A DNA stretch of 64,000 nt from Bacteroidia bacterium (GCA_039630325.1 JBCNVG010000013.1:48396-112395); one strand, 5' to 3'. Shown: positions 45,265 through 55,894, numbered from the stretch's first letter. Notes: generated by a model from the letters alone, not told the origin. Program-made: numbers and translations.

Positions 45265-47367
45265 ATGGCAAGCGTAAAATTGAGGGTAGTGAGATGGGGC
45301 TTTTTTGTATGCATGAGCCTCCTTTGGGCTCAGATTTTGCCCGATACGATGGAGGCTGGTCTGTGGGAGCTTCAACTGGAAGATCAAGCTGAAAGCAGTC
45401 CAGAGGGCGTAGACTGGACGCAGCTCGCTGACCTTTATGAAGAGCTGGTGCGTCGCCCTCTTAACCTCAACTCAGCTTCGGATGAGGCCCTTTTACGAGT
45501 GCCTGGCATGACCCCCCAGCTAGTACGAGCTTTGAGACAACATCAAGCTCGTTATGGTCCCCTTCTCTCTATTTACGAGCTGCAGGCAATCCCAGGCTTT
45601 ACCGAACAAGTCTTCCGAACGATCCGTCCCTATGTGACCGTTCGCCCAGCCACGGAACTGGACATTGGCGAGGGACCGACCCAACTTCCCACTCTTGCCC
45701 AGATTAGGGCCAGCAGTAGACTTACTTATATCCAGCGCATCCAGCGATCGTGGCGGTCGATCTATGAAGGAAATTCCTGGCAACAGCAAACTTTCCCGCA
45801 GGCTACTGGCGACCCTTATAGGTTGTACACCCGGCTGTGGTTTCAATCCTCGCCCTACCTATCCGCTGCGATCATCGGAGAAAAGGACGCTTATGAGGCT
45901 CTGTCATGGCAGCCCGCTAAGCGGTATTACGGCTATGACTTTGTAAGCGGACACTTAGCCATCGGCCAAATAGGACCTCTTCGGCGCCTGATCGTAGGAG
46001 ACTACATCATCCAAGTAGGACAAGGATTAGTTTTCGCTCGGGGGCTGGGCTTCGGTAAAGGAGGAGATCCCATCTTGACGCTCAAGCAGCCCAGCTACGG
46101 CCTCCAACCTTACACCTCGGTGAATGAATACCAATTTTGGCGAGGTATCGCAGCGAGCGTGCGCTTCTCTGAGAGGTGGTCATTCACTGCCATGCGGGCT
46201 CGCCTATACCAAGACGGCACATCGGATACGACAATAGCTGACTTGAACAGCGAGGAAGTGATATTCATTCAGACGCTCCTCACTTCTGGACTTCACCGCA
46301 CCCCCAGCGAACTGGCCCGCAGACGCAAGCTCAGGCAGGATGCATGGGGAGGCGTTCTGACTTGGCAGAAAAAGTGGTATACCGTTGGCGCCACCCTCCT
46401 ATACCAGACCTTCTCGCCGCCGCTGAACTTAGCAGGTAGCGAACCCTATCGCTACTTTGGCTTTGTAGGTAAAGCGAATCTTCTCGGCAGCGCCTTTTGG
46501 GACATTACCGCAGGGAATGTCAATCTCTTCGGAGAGGTGGCCCGCAGCCGCTTAGGCGGTACAGCGCTTACAGTCAGTACCATCGCTGCCCTTCACCCTA
46601 AGTTAGATGTGGCTGTGCAACTCAGGCATTTCGCCCCTGACTTTCATTCCTTCTACAGCTACACTTTTGCGGAGCGCCCCTTCTCTCCTGAGAACGAACA
46701 GGGAGTCTATTTAGGCCTTCGCTTGCGCCCCAGGTCGCGCTGGGAAATCTGGGCCTTCCAGGATATTTACCGTTTTCCTTGGTATCGGTACCGAGCCCAT
46801 GCTCCTACGGAGGGACATGAAAGCCTCTTGCAAGTCAGCTATACTATTCGACGGCGACTCCAAGTCTATTGTCGAATCCGATACGAGACTAAGCCATACA
46901 ACATAAGTTCCAATTTCACCCAGGCCTATATCTACGAGCTCATCCCCCATACGCGCCTATACTGGCGCTTACACGGCGCTTATGAGATAGGGCCTACCTG
47001 GCGGTATCAAGCCCGCATAGAAATAAGCCGCTATTGGCGTGAGACCAAAAGCGCCGGAGTTCTTTTGTATCAGGATATTCGGTGGCAGCCGAGTTTTGAG
47101 TGGAGTATCAGCGTGCGGTGGGTAGTATACCGAATCAGCAGCTATGATGCCCGCATATACACTTACGAAGCGATGCCGCCGACGACATTTTTCATCCCAG
47201 GTTACTACGGAAATGGCCAACGCTTTTATGCCATGGTGCGTTGGCGCCTTGGTCGGCACTGGACTGTATGGCTGCGAGCAGGACGCAATCTTTTTCGTCC
47301 TCCGGGAGAAAAAGGGATTCGCCGAGACTTAGAGGGGCTTCTCCAGATTCGGTATCAGTTCTCCTGA
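45265..47367 (+). CDS. Helix-hairpin-helix (ComEA-like) domain protein with a large C-terminal beta-rich, probable outer-membrane domain
   Basis: Signal-like N-terminus, an HhH pair (LNLNSASDEALLRVPGMTPQLVRALRQHQ...LQAIPGFTEQVFRTI), then about 550 aa rich in aromatic beta-strand residues. Confidence 0.5.
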   Translation: MASVKLRVVRWGFFVCMSLLWAQILPDTMEAGLWELQLEDQAESSPEGVDWTQLADLYEELVRRPLNLNSASDEALLRVPGMTPQLVRALRQHQARYGPLLSIYELQAIPGFTEQVFRTIRPYVTVRPATELDIGEGPTQLPTLAQIRASSRLTYIQRIQRSWRSIYEGNSWQQQTFPQATGDPYRLYTRLWFQSSPYLSAAIIGEKDAYEALSWQPAKRYYGYDFVSGHLAIGQIGPLRRLIVGDYIIQVGQGLVFARGLGFGKGGDPILTLKQPSYGLQPYTSVNEYQFWRGIAASVRFSERWSFTAMRARLYQDGTSDTTIADLNSEEVIFIQTLLTSGLHRTPSELARRRKLRQDAWGGVLTWQKKWYTVGATLLYQTFSPPLNLAGSEPYRYFGFVGKANLLGSAFWDITAGNVNLFGEVARSRLGGTALTVSTIAALHPKLDVAVQLRHFAPDFHSFYSYTFAERPFSPENEQGVYLGLRLRPRSRWEIWAFQDIYRFPWYRYRAHAPTEGHESLLQVSYTIRRRLQVYCRIRYETKPYNISSNFTQAYIYELIPHTRLYWRLHGAYEIGPTWRYQARIEISRYWRETKSAGVLLYQDIRWQPSFEWSISVRWVVYRISSYDARIYTYEAMPPTTFFIPGYYGNGQRFYAMVRWRLGRHWTVWLRAGRNLFRPPGEKGIRRDLEGLLQIRYQFS

Positions 47368-48480
47368 GGCGGTGTAAGTCCTTCCTTTCCACTGAAAAGG
47401 GGGACGTCTGAGCGCTAAAATCCCCACATACACTTGGTAGATCGGATATAGTACCAAAGCGAATAGCCAGCGCGGCCAGGGAGGCGGAGAGCTCTGAGTG
47501 TAGTAAAAGCCGCGCCAGGCGATGCCCACTTGCAGGGCCCATATGATTAGCCAAGCAAGCAGAATGCTCGGTGGCGCCCAAATCACAGACAGAATCAGAG
47601 ATAGATGAGCCAATCCCACCACCATGAGCCCCCATCGGGTTCGAGCTACAGGATACAAGTGCCGTTTAGAAAGCCAGCGGAGCCGCTGCTGAATGAAAGC
47701 ATGGAAAGTAGGGACGGGTGCTGTCTCAACTACTGCCCTACTGAAAGCCAGTGCTTGAGAGCCGAAGTATAAGCTAATGCGCTGCACCAGGAGGTCATCA
47801 TCTCCACTGGGGTGATATTCAGCGTCACCCCAGCCGCCAACCGCCTCAAATGCTTGGCGGCGGTAAGCCAGCAAAGCGCCATTCGCCGTGATAGGCTCGC
47901 CTCGCATCCAGCTGCCAGCGGTGAGCGTAAGCAGCCCAGCTACTTCTATTCTCTGGAAATCTGTCAGCCACTTGCCATCCTGAGAAAGCCGAATCCACCC
48001 CCCCACCACTTGAATTTCAGGCCGCCTAAATGGCCGAATCATGTGCTCAATCGTATACGGAGGATGCCACGTGTCGGCATCGGTCGTTAGGATGATTTCC
48101 CCGCTGGCACACCTAATCCCAAGCCGAAGGGCAGCTTTCTTGCCCCGCTCGCCGGGAGAAAGAGAGGCTACTCGGATGTGAGGATGCTGCTGAGCATAGG
48201 CTTTTGCCACTTCGACGGTGCCGTCTTCGCTGTGGTCATTGATGACCCATATTTCATCAGGCTGATAAGTCTGAGATAAAAGAGACTCTAAGCACCGCGG
48301 CAGCGTGCGAGCTTCATTGCGCGCAGGGATGAGTACCGAAACTTTCAAACGGGGAAAGTCTGCTTGATCACCTTCTTGAAAGCCTCCCATAGAGAAAAAT
48401 CCCCAGCGCCACAGAATGTATCCATACCCCCCCCATAGAACGCATAATAGAACTACTAAAAGCCCTTCCCCATATGCCAT
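47329..48480 (-). CDS. Family 2 glycosyltransferase, membrane-integrated
   Basis: VSVLIPARNEARTLPRCLESLLSQTY, a DAD-type motif, and C-terminal TM helices. Confidence 0.75.
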   Translation of the reverse strand: MAYGEGLLVVLLCVLWGGYGYILWRWGFFSMGGFQEGDQADFPRLKVSVLIPARNEARTLPRCLESLLSQTYQPDEIWVINDHSEDGTVEVAKAYAQQHPHIRVASLSPGERGKKAALRLGIRCASGEIILTTDADTWHPPYTIEHMIRPFRRPEIQVVGGWIRLSQDGKWLTDFQRIEVAGLLTLTAGSWMRGEPITANGALLAYRRQAFEAVGGWGDAEYHPSGDDDLLVQRISLYFGSQALAFSRAVVETAPVPTFHAFIQQRLRWLSKRHLYPVARTRWGLMVVGLAHLSLILSVIWAPPSILLAWLIIWALQVGIAWRGFYYTQSSPPPWPRWLFALVLYPIYQVYVGILALRRPPFQWKGRTYTASGELIPNLEKPL

Positions 48481-48535
48481 CTACCAGCTCTCAAAAAAGG
48501 CACCCTATGATAAAAGGAGACACAGAGACTCAGAC

Positions 48536-49918
48536 TTATCTAAGGGCAGAGCGTGAGGGTATTTCAGCGACTTTTTCATAGAACCGAATGGCTGCATGGA
48601 TGCCTTTGCGAAGTTGGCTCAATCGGAAGTGTTCGTTTGGACTATGGACTGCATCGGAGGGGAGCCCAAATCCCATCAGGATCGCCGGAGCCCCCCCTAT
48701 GCTCCGCTGGAGAGCGGAGAGGATGGGAATAGAGCCTCCTTCTCTGGTAGGTATGGGGCGCCGGCCGAAAGCCTCCTGGACTGCCTCCTCTGCCGCCCGA
48801 TAATAAGGAGAGCTGATGGGCGTTTCAAAAGCAGGAGCGGGCTCATGAAGCAGGCGAACCTCAACCGTAAATCCAGGGGGCGTGACGCTTTCTACATAAC
48901 TCTTGAAGAGATGCCAAATCTCCATAGGCTCTTGATCTGGCACTAAACGCATAGACACTTTGGCCACAGCTACGGCGGGTATGATAGTCTCAGAGCCTTC
49001 ACCGATATAGCCACTGTACATGCCATTTACATCGAGGGTAGGACGACTCCCTATGCGTTCCAGGGGAGAAAAGCCAACCTCCCCTACTGCTGCCGAAGCT
49101 CCCATAAGCCGAACATAATGGGCGTCATCTGCTGGAAGGGAACGCCAAAGTTGACGCTCAGTAGAGTCTACGGGTCGAACTTTATCATAGAAGCCTGGAA
49201 TCCGAATACGCTGGTCAGGCCCCTTCAGGGCGGTGAGAATAGCAGCCAAGCCAAAGGCAGGATTAGGAGCTACGCCTCCAAAGCTACCTGAATGAAGGTC
49301 TCGCGCAGGCCCCCGAACCGTGATCTCTCCATATACAATGCCACGCAAACCTACTGTAAGAGTGGGGATTTCCTCTGAAAAAAACGCGGTGTCAGAGACT
49401 ACCACTACATCACTTTGCCACTCAGAGCCGCGAGCCGCCAAAACTTCATACAGCGTCTCACTTCCAGTTTCCTCCTGCCCCTCTATCACGACACGAAGGG
49501 AAATAGGCAATCGGCCATGAGTTTGAATGAGATATTTCCAGGCCGCTAAATGGGCAAATACTTGACCTTTATCATCGCATGCGCCCCGAGCGTAAATCGC
49601 GTCATCTACTACCTCCGGAGAAAATGGGGGAGATTTCCATAGTTCCAAAGGGTCAGGGGGCTGAACGTCATAGTGCCCGTAAAAAAGGGCTGTCGGAGCT
49701 CCCATAGGCCCTTGATAGTACCCATACACTACGGGCGGCTCTCCAATCAGCTCCACTGAAAATCCTAAGCCTTCTAAATAGGCTTTGAGCCAGTTCGCTG
49801 TAGCTTGCAGTTGCGCTTTGTATTCGGACTGCGCACTAATGCTGGGAAACCTTAGAAACTCTATAAGCTGCCCCAAAAGCTCCGTGTAGTTTTGAGATAT
49901 CCACTCGCTGGGCTGCAT
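48536..49918 (-). CDS. M20 family metallopeptidase (dipeptidase/DapE-ArgE-like)
   Basis: HYDVQPPDP...ARGACDDKGQ, metal-binding Glu/His pattern, and a dimerisation domain. The start is set at MQPSEW (49918). Confidence 0.8.
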   Translation of the reverse strand: MQPSEWISQNYTELLGQLIEFLRFPSISAQSEYKAQLQATANWLKAYLEGLGFSVELIGEPPVVYGYYQGPMGAPTALFYGHYDVQPPDPLELWKSPPFSPEVVDDAIYARGACDDKGQVFAHLAAWKYLIQTHGRLPISLRVVIEGQEETGSETLYEVLAARGSEWQSDVVVVSDTAFFSEEIPTLTVGLRGIVYGEITVRGPARDLHSGSFGGVAPNPAFGLAAILTALKGPDQRIRIPGFYDKVRPVDSTERQLWRSLPADDAHYVRLMGASAAVGEVGFSPLERIGSRPTLDVNGMYSGYIGEGSETIIPAVAVAKVSMRLVPDQEPMEIWHLFKSYVESVTPPGFTVEVRLLHEPAPAFETPISSPYYRAAEEAVQEAFGRRPIPTREGGSIPILSALQRSIGGAPAILMGFGLPSDAVHSPNEHFRLSQLRKGIHAAIRFYEKVAEIPSRSALR

Positions 49919-49937
49919 TGTCTCAAAAGTAGGATTT

Positions 49938-50552
49938 CTAAGGGGCTGCATAGAGCCGACGAAGCTGGGCGATATCACCCTCCGCTACCCATCCCGTCTG
50001 TTCCAAGAAGCTGATTATAGCCCGTAGTACCTCGGATGAGTATCGGCGCTTGTAAAGTTCGGCGTTTCTTAGCAGGAGGCTGGTAAGGGTAGTCAGGTCG
50101 TCTCGAGCCTCTTTTCGCTTCCCTAAAAAGAAAGGGAGGTAGTAGTAAAAGCTTCCCCTAATAAACCGCACTTCGGGCTCTTGAGGATACTGCTTCACTA
50201 TGGCATCCATTTCATCGACTGCCTGAAAGAAGTAGTCTTTTTTGTCAAATGGATTGAAAGTATATCGTGCTTTCAACGCAGTGATGCCGGAGAGGTATAT
50301 CTGCAGAGCAGGATGCGGCCCATATTTACGAATGAGGTTCTTGAAGGCATTCTCGGCATCAGATAGAAAGACCTCTGATTGCACGGCGAAAAAGTACAGC
50401 TTCTGAGCCTGCCTGTAGGCAGGGTCAGCATACATATCGGCGGCTGACTGCGCCTGCACGACCATATTAAGGAGGAAAACAAAACTACCCCGCCAACCGC
50501 CTAAGAAGGTAATGAAAGCGTATCTAATAAGTCTCTGGAAGTCAAATGCCAT
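49938..50552 (-). CDS. Hypothetical protein (possible signal peptide)
   Basis: ORF wedged between the M20 and epimerase genes. No recognisable domain. The start is ambiguous (50465-50600). Confidence 0.3.
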   Translation of the reverse strand: MAFDFQRLIRYAFITFLGGWRGSFVFLLNMVVQAQSAADMYADPAYRQAQKLYFFAVQSEVFLSDAENAFKNLIRKYGPHPALQIYLSGITALKARYTFNPFDKKDYFFQAVDEMDAIVKQYPQEPEVRFIRGSFYYYLPFFLGKRKEARDDLTTLTSLLLRNAELYKRRYSSEVLRAIISFLEQTGWVAEGDIAQLRRLYAAP

Positions 50553-51478
50553 TCGATCGTACGATCTAAACCTGTCCAAAAATCTACTTGTGGTGTCCAA
50601 CCTAAATAAGTCTGCGCCTTCCGAATCTCCGCCTGCGTATGCATGAGATCAGCCTTGGGGAAAGGGTGCCTGAGGATTTGAGCTTTTTTACCTACTCGCT
50701 TTTCGATATGAGCTATGACTTCTATCAGCGAAGTGGGAGCTTGTCCCCCCCCAATGTTGAAGATTTCGTAACCCTCTACGGAAAGGGCAGCCGCAGTAGC
50801 AGCGGCCACATCCTCTACATAAGTGAAGTCCCTCGACTGACTCCCATCTCCATACAAGTGAAGCGGCTCACCTCTGTACACCCATTCTATGAACCGAAAG
50901 ATGCTCATGTCCGGCCTACCCGCAGGACCATATACCGTAAAATAACGCAAGATAGCTGTGTGAATCCCGAAATGGTAGTGATAGGTATAAGCGTACATTT
51001 CAGCCGCTTTCTTAGAAGCGGCGTAGGGGGAGATGGGTGTATTTACCGGACGATCTTCCGTGAAAGGAAGAGGAGTACCTGCATATAAGGACGAAGTTGA
51101 GGCCAAAATGTACCGAGGAACGCCATATCGGCGTATAAGCTCTAATAGATACAAGCTACCCGTGACATTTGTGTGGTGGTAAACGCTGGGGTCTTGCAAG
51201 CTGGCTCTCACCCCAGCCCGAGCCGCCAGATTAATCACCGCATCAATCGGCATAACCAGCTCAAAAAGTCCAGATAAACTGAGCCAATCTGAAATATCTA
51301 CGGCATGAAAGGAAAACCTTTCATACTCATGTAGCCGTTTTAGACGATATTTTTTTAGAGCGGGGGCATAGTAGTCATTAAGGTTATCTATTCCAATGAC
51401 CTCGTGTCCATCCTTCAAGAGCCGCTCAGCGGTGTAACTGCCGATAAAGCCTGCCGCTCCTGTGAGTAGAATACGCAT
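50501..51478 (-). CDS. NAD-dependent epimerase/dehydratase (UDP-glucuronate 4-epimerase-like, SDR family)
   Basis: MRILLTGAAGFIGS Rossmann start and YxxxK catalytic region. Confidence 0.85.
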   Translation of the reverse strand: MRILLTGAAGFIGSYTAERLLKDGHEVIGIDNLNDYYAPALKKYRLKRLHEYERFSFHAVDISDWLSLSGLFELVMPIDAVINLAARAGVRASLQDPSVYHHTNVTGSLYLLELIRRYGVPRYILASTSSLYAGTPLPFTEDRPVNTPISPYAASKKAAEMYAYTYHYHFGIHTAILRYFTVYGPAGRPDMSIFRFIEWVYRGEPLHLYGDGSQSRDFTYVEDVAAATAAALSVEGYEIFNIGGGQAPTSLIEVIAHIEKRVGKKAQILRHPFPKADLMHTQAEIRKAQTYLGWTPQVDFWTGLDRTIEWHLTSRDLLDTLSLPS

Positions 51479-51501
51479 ATTTGTGGCCAAATGTATCACA
51501 A

Positions 51502-52419
51502 ATGCACGGCACCGTAGTCAGGACAGCGGGGGAACACGTGTATATCCGCACAGAAACAGGAAGTACACTACCTGCTACCTTACGAGGAAAGTTCAGGTTA
51601 GAGGAACACAACTTCACTACACCTGTAGCGGTAGGTGATGTGGTGAAAATCCGCATAGAAGAGGGCATTGCGGTGATAGAAGAAATCCTCCCCCGACGAA
51701 ACTGGCTTGTTCGTGTAGATCCCAGCAATCCTTACAAACGGCAAATCTTAGCGGCGAATATAGATCAGGCGTTGCTATTGGTCACCGTAGAGTCACCTTT
51801 TACACCCTTGCGTTACATAGACGGATTCTTAGTACTCTGTGAGGCCTACGATGTTCAGGCGGCTCTGGCTTTCACCAAAGCTGACCTTAGACTCAAACCC
51901 CGCGATCAGAAAAAACGAGCGGACTTCATACAACTGTATCAATGCATTGGATACCCCGTCTTTTCAGTCTCCGCTCATACAGGCGAAGGCATAGATGCCC
52001 TGCGAGCCCATCTGAAAGACAAGCGTACCTTCGTTACAGGTCTGAGCGGAGTAGGCAAAAGCTCCCTCATCAACTACCTCATCCCTGGTCTTAACCTCGC
52101 TACCCAACCCTTAGTACGTCTGACGCAGCGTGGCAGGCACACTACCACCTACACTGCCCTTTATGACCTGAGAGAAGGAGGAGAGATTATAGACTCGCCC
52201 GGCTTCGGTGAGTTTAGAGCAGGAGATATAGAACCTGCCGAGCTCTCACACTACTTCCGCGAGATGCGCGAGCGCCTGCCTCAGTGCCGATTCAATAACT
52301 GCCTTCATGTGGACGAACCCGGCTGCGCCGTCATAGAGGGAGTTCAGCGGGGTGAGATTCCCCTTTCTCGGTACCACACCTACCTGGCCCTATTAGAAGA
52401 GCTCAAAAGTACCGATTGA
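51502..52419 (+). CDS. rsgA: Ribosome small-subunit-dependent GTPase A
   Basis: Circularly permuted GTPase motifs (GLSGVGKSSLINYL, DSPGF) and a C-terminal zinc-finger Cys cluster (CRFNNCLHVDEPGCAV). Confidence 0.85.
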   Translation: MHGTVVRTAGEHVYIRTETGSTLPATLRGKFRLEEHNFTTPVAVGDVVKIRIEEGIAVIEEILPRRNWLVRVDPSNPYKRQILAANIDQALLLVTVESPFTPLRYIDGFLVLCEAYDVQAALAFTKADLRLKPRDQKKRADFIQLYQCIGYPVFSVSAHTGEGIDALRAHLKDKRTFVTGLSGVGKSSLINYLIPGLNLATQPLVRLTQRGRHTTTYTALYDLREGGEIIDSPGFGEFRAGDIEPAELSHYFREMRERLPQCRFNNCLHVDEPGCAVIEGVQRGEIPLSRYHTYLALLEELKSTD

Positions 52420-52422
52420 GGG

Positions 52423-52866
52423 ATGCGATTGCTTATTCAGCGGGTATCTCGTGCCTCCGTAGAAGTCGAGCATGAGATAGTAGGGGCCATACATCGCGGC
52501 CTTTTAGTGTTAGTAGGTTTTCACCACGCTGATACCATAGACAAACTTCCTAAAGCGGCTCACAAGCTTCTGAATTTGAGGGTATTTCCAGATGAAACAG
52601 GCAAAATGAATCGCTCTGTTCGCGAAATAGGCGGGGGACTTCTCATTGTGTCGCAGTTTACGCTATATGGACGCCTGGAAAAAGGATTTCGTCCTTCTTT
52701 CATAGAGGCGGCTCCTGGGGTCGAAGCGCTAAGGTTATACGAGGCTTTCTTAGAGGAGCTGCGAAAGCAGGCTAAAGAAGTCCCAGTGGCTTCGGGAAAG
52801 TTCGGTGCCATGATGCAGGTCAGCTTGATAAATGATGGTCCAGTTACCCTGCTCTTAGAGTTTTGA
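52423..52866 (+). CDS. dtd: D-aminoacyl-tRNA deacylase
   Basis: 147 aa: MRLLIQRVSRASVEV...SGKFGAMMQVSLINDGPVTL. Confidence 0.9.
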   Translation: MRLLIQRVSRASVEVEHEIVGAIHRGLLVLVGFHHADTIDKLPKAAHKLLNLRVFPDETGKMNRSVREIGGGLLIVSQFTLYGRLEKGFRPSFIEAAPGVEALRLYEAFLEELRKQAKEVPVASGKFGAMMQVSLINDGPVTLLLEF

Positions 52867-52953
52867 TCGCTCTGGCAATTTTTCGTCGCTTACTGAAAGC
52901 GTTTGACTGTGGCAGTCTGTTCCTTTTCTCGGAGCATCCGTTGGATAGCCGTT

Positions 52954-53649
52954 CTAATACTTCCACTGGGCTTTGAGTACGCTGAGGAAAAAGATAGCAG
53001 CTGTCTCAGCCCGCAAACGCAAGTGCCCAAGGGAAACCCCCTGTACTTGACGCTCCTTTAGGAGACGAAGCTCTTTCTCGCTAAAATCACCCTCCGGCCC
53101 TACGATCCACAGCGTAGGCGCAGGGGTGAGCGGCAGCGCTTCTTCTAGAAAAACTGTGGCTCCTATCTCGCCCATCAGATGATGGACATACCCCTGCCAG
53201 GGGACAGCCTCCCATGAGTGTAGAAGTCTGATTTCTGGTAAAGTGCTTCGCAGATTCTGCTTTAGGGCGGCAATAGCCACTCGCTCTAAGCGAGAAACAT
53301 CTACGCGCCGCGACACAGACCGCTCCATGGGTAGAAGGTAAATAGCCGTCACGCCAAGCTCTACGGCTTTCTCTACGAGCCAATCTAAGCGAGCTGGCTG
53401 CCGAAGGGGCGGAACTACCACGCCCACAGGGGCGGGCGGCTCCCCCGGCCTTTCCAGTCGCTGAATCACCTTTACCTCTGCTACCCCCCGGGAGATCCAC
53501 TGCACTTCTCCAAGGGCCAAAAGACCCTTTCCATCTGTGAGCCAAACCCTTTCTCCTACTCGTATCCGCAGACTCCGAGTAAGATGATGGTACTCCTCAC
53601 CCCTAATCTCTACCACATCGCTGAGATAGGGAGCATATACAGCGCTCAT
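52954..53649 (-). CDS. rsmE: 16S rRNA (uracil1498-N3)-methyltransferase
   Basis: RsmE C-terminal SPOUT motifs (LWIVGPEGDFSEKE...SLGHLRLRAETAA). Confidence 0.85.
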   Translation of the reverse strand: MSAVYAPYLSDVVEIRGEEYHHLTRSLRIRVGERVWLTDGKGLLALGEVQWISRGVAEVKVIQRLERPGEPPAPVGVVVPPLRQPARLDWLVEKAVELGVTAIYLLPMERSVSRRVDVSRLERVAIAALKQNLRSTLPEIRLLHSWEAVPWQGYVHHLMGEIGATVFLEEALPLTPAPTLWIVGPEGDFSEKELRLLKERQVQGVSLGHLRLRAETAAIFFLSVLKAQWKY

Positions 53650-53663
53650 ACCCCCCCAAGTTA

Positions 53664-55052
53664 TTGTTACCTTTGCAGAGTATGGCGTACAAAATGGACA
53701 TCTCTCCTTTGATGGTGGATTCCATCCTCCAAAGGCGGATCTTGCGCGATGGGCTGGATATGGTCATGGACTTAGAGAAAAGCCGCGGTGTCTGGATATA
53801 TGATAGCAAGCATAAACGCGAAATATTGGACTTTTTCGGCTGCTACGCGACTATCCCGCTGGGCTACAATCACCCCAAGATGGTAGAAGATGAGAGCTTT
53901 CTTCAGCATCTTTTGCGCGCGGCGATTATCAACCCTACGAATGCCGATATTTATACCCAGGAGTATGCCCACTTCATAGAGACATTTGAAAGAGTTGCAA
54001 TTCCATCCTACCTGAAATATGCATTTTTCATCACAGGAGGGGCTTTGGCTGTAGAAAATGCCATAAAAGTTGCTATGGACTGGAAAGTTCAGAAAAACTT
54101 TGCCAAAGGCTACCGGCGAGAGGTGGGTACTAAGGTCATTCATTTCAGAGAGGCTTTTCACGGCCGCTCAGGCTATACCATGAGCCTCACCAATACGGAT
54201 CCTTTGAAGGTCCAGTATTTTGCCAAGTTTTCAGACTGGCCTCGCATTCTGAATCCCAAGCTCCGCTTTCCCTTGACCCCAGAAAACCTATCCAAAACCA
54301 TAGCAGATGAGGAGTTAGCGATTCGCCAGATCAAGCAAGCTTTCGTGGAGCATCGTGATGATATTTGCGCGATTATTATAGAGCCCATTCAATCAGAGGG
54401 CGGAGACAATCACTTCCGTCCTGAGTTTATGCGGGCGCTGCGTCAGTTGGCGGATGAGAATGATGTGATGCTCATTTACGATGAGGTACAGACGGGAGTG
54501 GGGGCGACGGGCCGCTTCTGGGCTCATGAACACTTCGGGCCAGATGCTCTCCCAGACATTATCGCCTTTGGCAAAAAGATGCAGGTGTGCGGTATTCTCG
54601 TTGGCCCTAAGGTAGATGAGGTTCCTACCAATGTATTCCGAGTGCCCTCTCGCATCAATTCCACTTGGGGCGGAAACCTCGTAGATATGGTGCGGGCTGA
54701 CAAAATCTTATCCATCATGGAGGAGGACAGAGTCGTAGAGCATGTAGAGAAAGTCGGCTTACACCTCAAGATGAGAGTGGAAGAGCTGAGTCAAGAGTTT
54801 CCGGAGCTAATCAGCGGCGTACGAGGTCAAGGCCTCATGGTAGCTTTTGACCTACCTACCAAGGAGCTGCGAGACAAGCTGGTCAAAGACGCCTTAGAAA
54901 AAGAAAACCTTTTGCTTCTCAAGGCAGGTGAGCGATCTATCCGGTCTCGCTCGCCTCTGATTATCACTGCGGAAGAAATAGATGAGGGCATAGAACGCCT
55001 CCACCGCCTTTTAGCTTCCTATAAGGTCTCTCAAGCCATCGCGCTCTCGTGA
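53664..55052 (+). CDS. lat: Class III aminotransferase, L-lysine 6-transaminase-like
   Basis: Class-III PLP fold with DEVQTGVGATGRFWA and FGKKMQVCG, which is similar to Lat-family enzymes. The stop overlaps the hisG GTG start (GTGA). Confidence 0.6.
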   Translation: MLPLQSMAYKMDISPLMVDSILQRRILRDGLDMVMDLEKSRGVWIYDSKHKREILDFFGCYATIPLGYNHPKMVEDESFLQHLLRAAIINPTNADIYTQEYAHFIETFERVAIPSYLKYAFFITGGALAVENAIKVAMDWKVQKNFAKGYRREVGTKVIHFREAFHGRSGYTMSLTNTDPLKVQYFAKFSDWPRILNPKLRFPLTPENLSKTIADEELAIRQIKQAFVEHRDDICAIIIEPIQSEGGDNHFRPEFMRALRQLADENDVMLIYDEVQTGVGATGRFWAHEHFGPDALPDIIAFGKKMQVCGILVGPKVDEVPTNVFRVPSRINSTWGGNLVDMVRADKILSIMEEDRVVEHVEKVGLHLKMRVEELSQEFPELISGVRGQGLMVAFDLPTKELRDKLVKDALEKENLLLLKAGERSIRSRSPLIITAEEIDEGIERLHRLLASYKVSQAIALS

Positions 55053-55894
55053 AGCCTATTCGGATCGCCCTGCAAAGAAAGGGGCGATTAGCCGAGGACT
55101 CGCTACGGCTGCTCTCCGAAGCCGGCATAGTGATTCCGAATGCAGGGGAGCGCCTACGGGTGCCAGCGATGAACTATCCCATAGAGGCTTACTTGCTGCG
55201 CGATGACGACATACCCGCTTACGTAGCTGACGGAGTGGCAGATTTAGGGATTGTCGGGGAAAACGTAGTTCAAGAGTCCGAACAGCCAGTAGAGAGCATT
55301 CGCAAACTGGGCTTTGGGCGCTGCCGTCTTTCTCTTGCGGTTCCGCGAGATAGCGCTATCCAACAGGTGGAAGATTTGCAGGGTAAGCGCATAGCTACGG
55401 GCTATCCCCGTTTGGCTCATCGATACCTCTCCCAAGCAGGGGTAGAGGCCACGATACATACGCTCCACGGCTCCACTGAAATCGCTCCCAGTTTGGGTTT
55501 AGCGGAGGCTATTATAGACATAGTCGCCACTGGCAGTACTCTTCTGCTTCATGGCCTGCGGGAAGTACATACCTTTCTGCACAGCGAAGCGGTGCTCATA
55601 AGGCGTCGGGGGGACACAGAGAGCTATGAGGACTTTCTCTTCCGAATAGATGCGGTACTTGCCGCCCGCCAGCAAAAGTACATTCTATTCAATCTGCCAG
55701 AAAGTGCCCTCCCCGAAGTTCTCAAATTGCTCCCAGGTCTCAAAAGTCCCACTGTCATGCCGCTGGCTGAAGCGGGATGGATCTCAGTTCATACAGTGGT
55801 GGAAGAGAAGCTATTCTGGGAGATAGCCCAGCAGCTCCAGCTATTAGGCGCGCAAGGGCTTTTGGTAATGAACATAGAAAAGCTAATCCGATGA
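55049..55894 (+). CDS. hisG: ATP phosphoribosyltransferase (long form)
   Basis: MKPIRIALQRKGRLAEDSLRLL..., length 281 aa with the C-terminal regulatory domain. Confidence 0.9.
   Translation: MKPIRIALQRKGRLAEDSLRLLSEAGIVIPNAGERLRVPAMNYPIEAYLLRDDDIPAYVADGVADLGIVGENVVQESEQPVESIRKLGFGRCRLSLAVPRDSAIQQVEDLQGKRIATGYPRLAHRYLSQAGVEATIHTLHGSTEIAPSLGLAEAIIDIVATGSTLLLHGLREVHTFLHSEAVLIRRRGDTESYEDFLFRIDAVLAARQQKYILFNLPESALPEVLKLLPGLKSPTVMPLAEAGWISVHTVVEEKLFWEIAQQLQLLGAQGLLVMNIEKLIR

Noticed and set aside
53087-53545. 152-aa Arg/Ala-rich ORF
   Set aside because: It is an alternative frame inside rsmE and its composition is typical of GC-rich frame artefacts.
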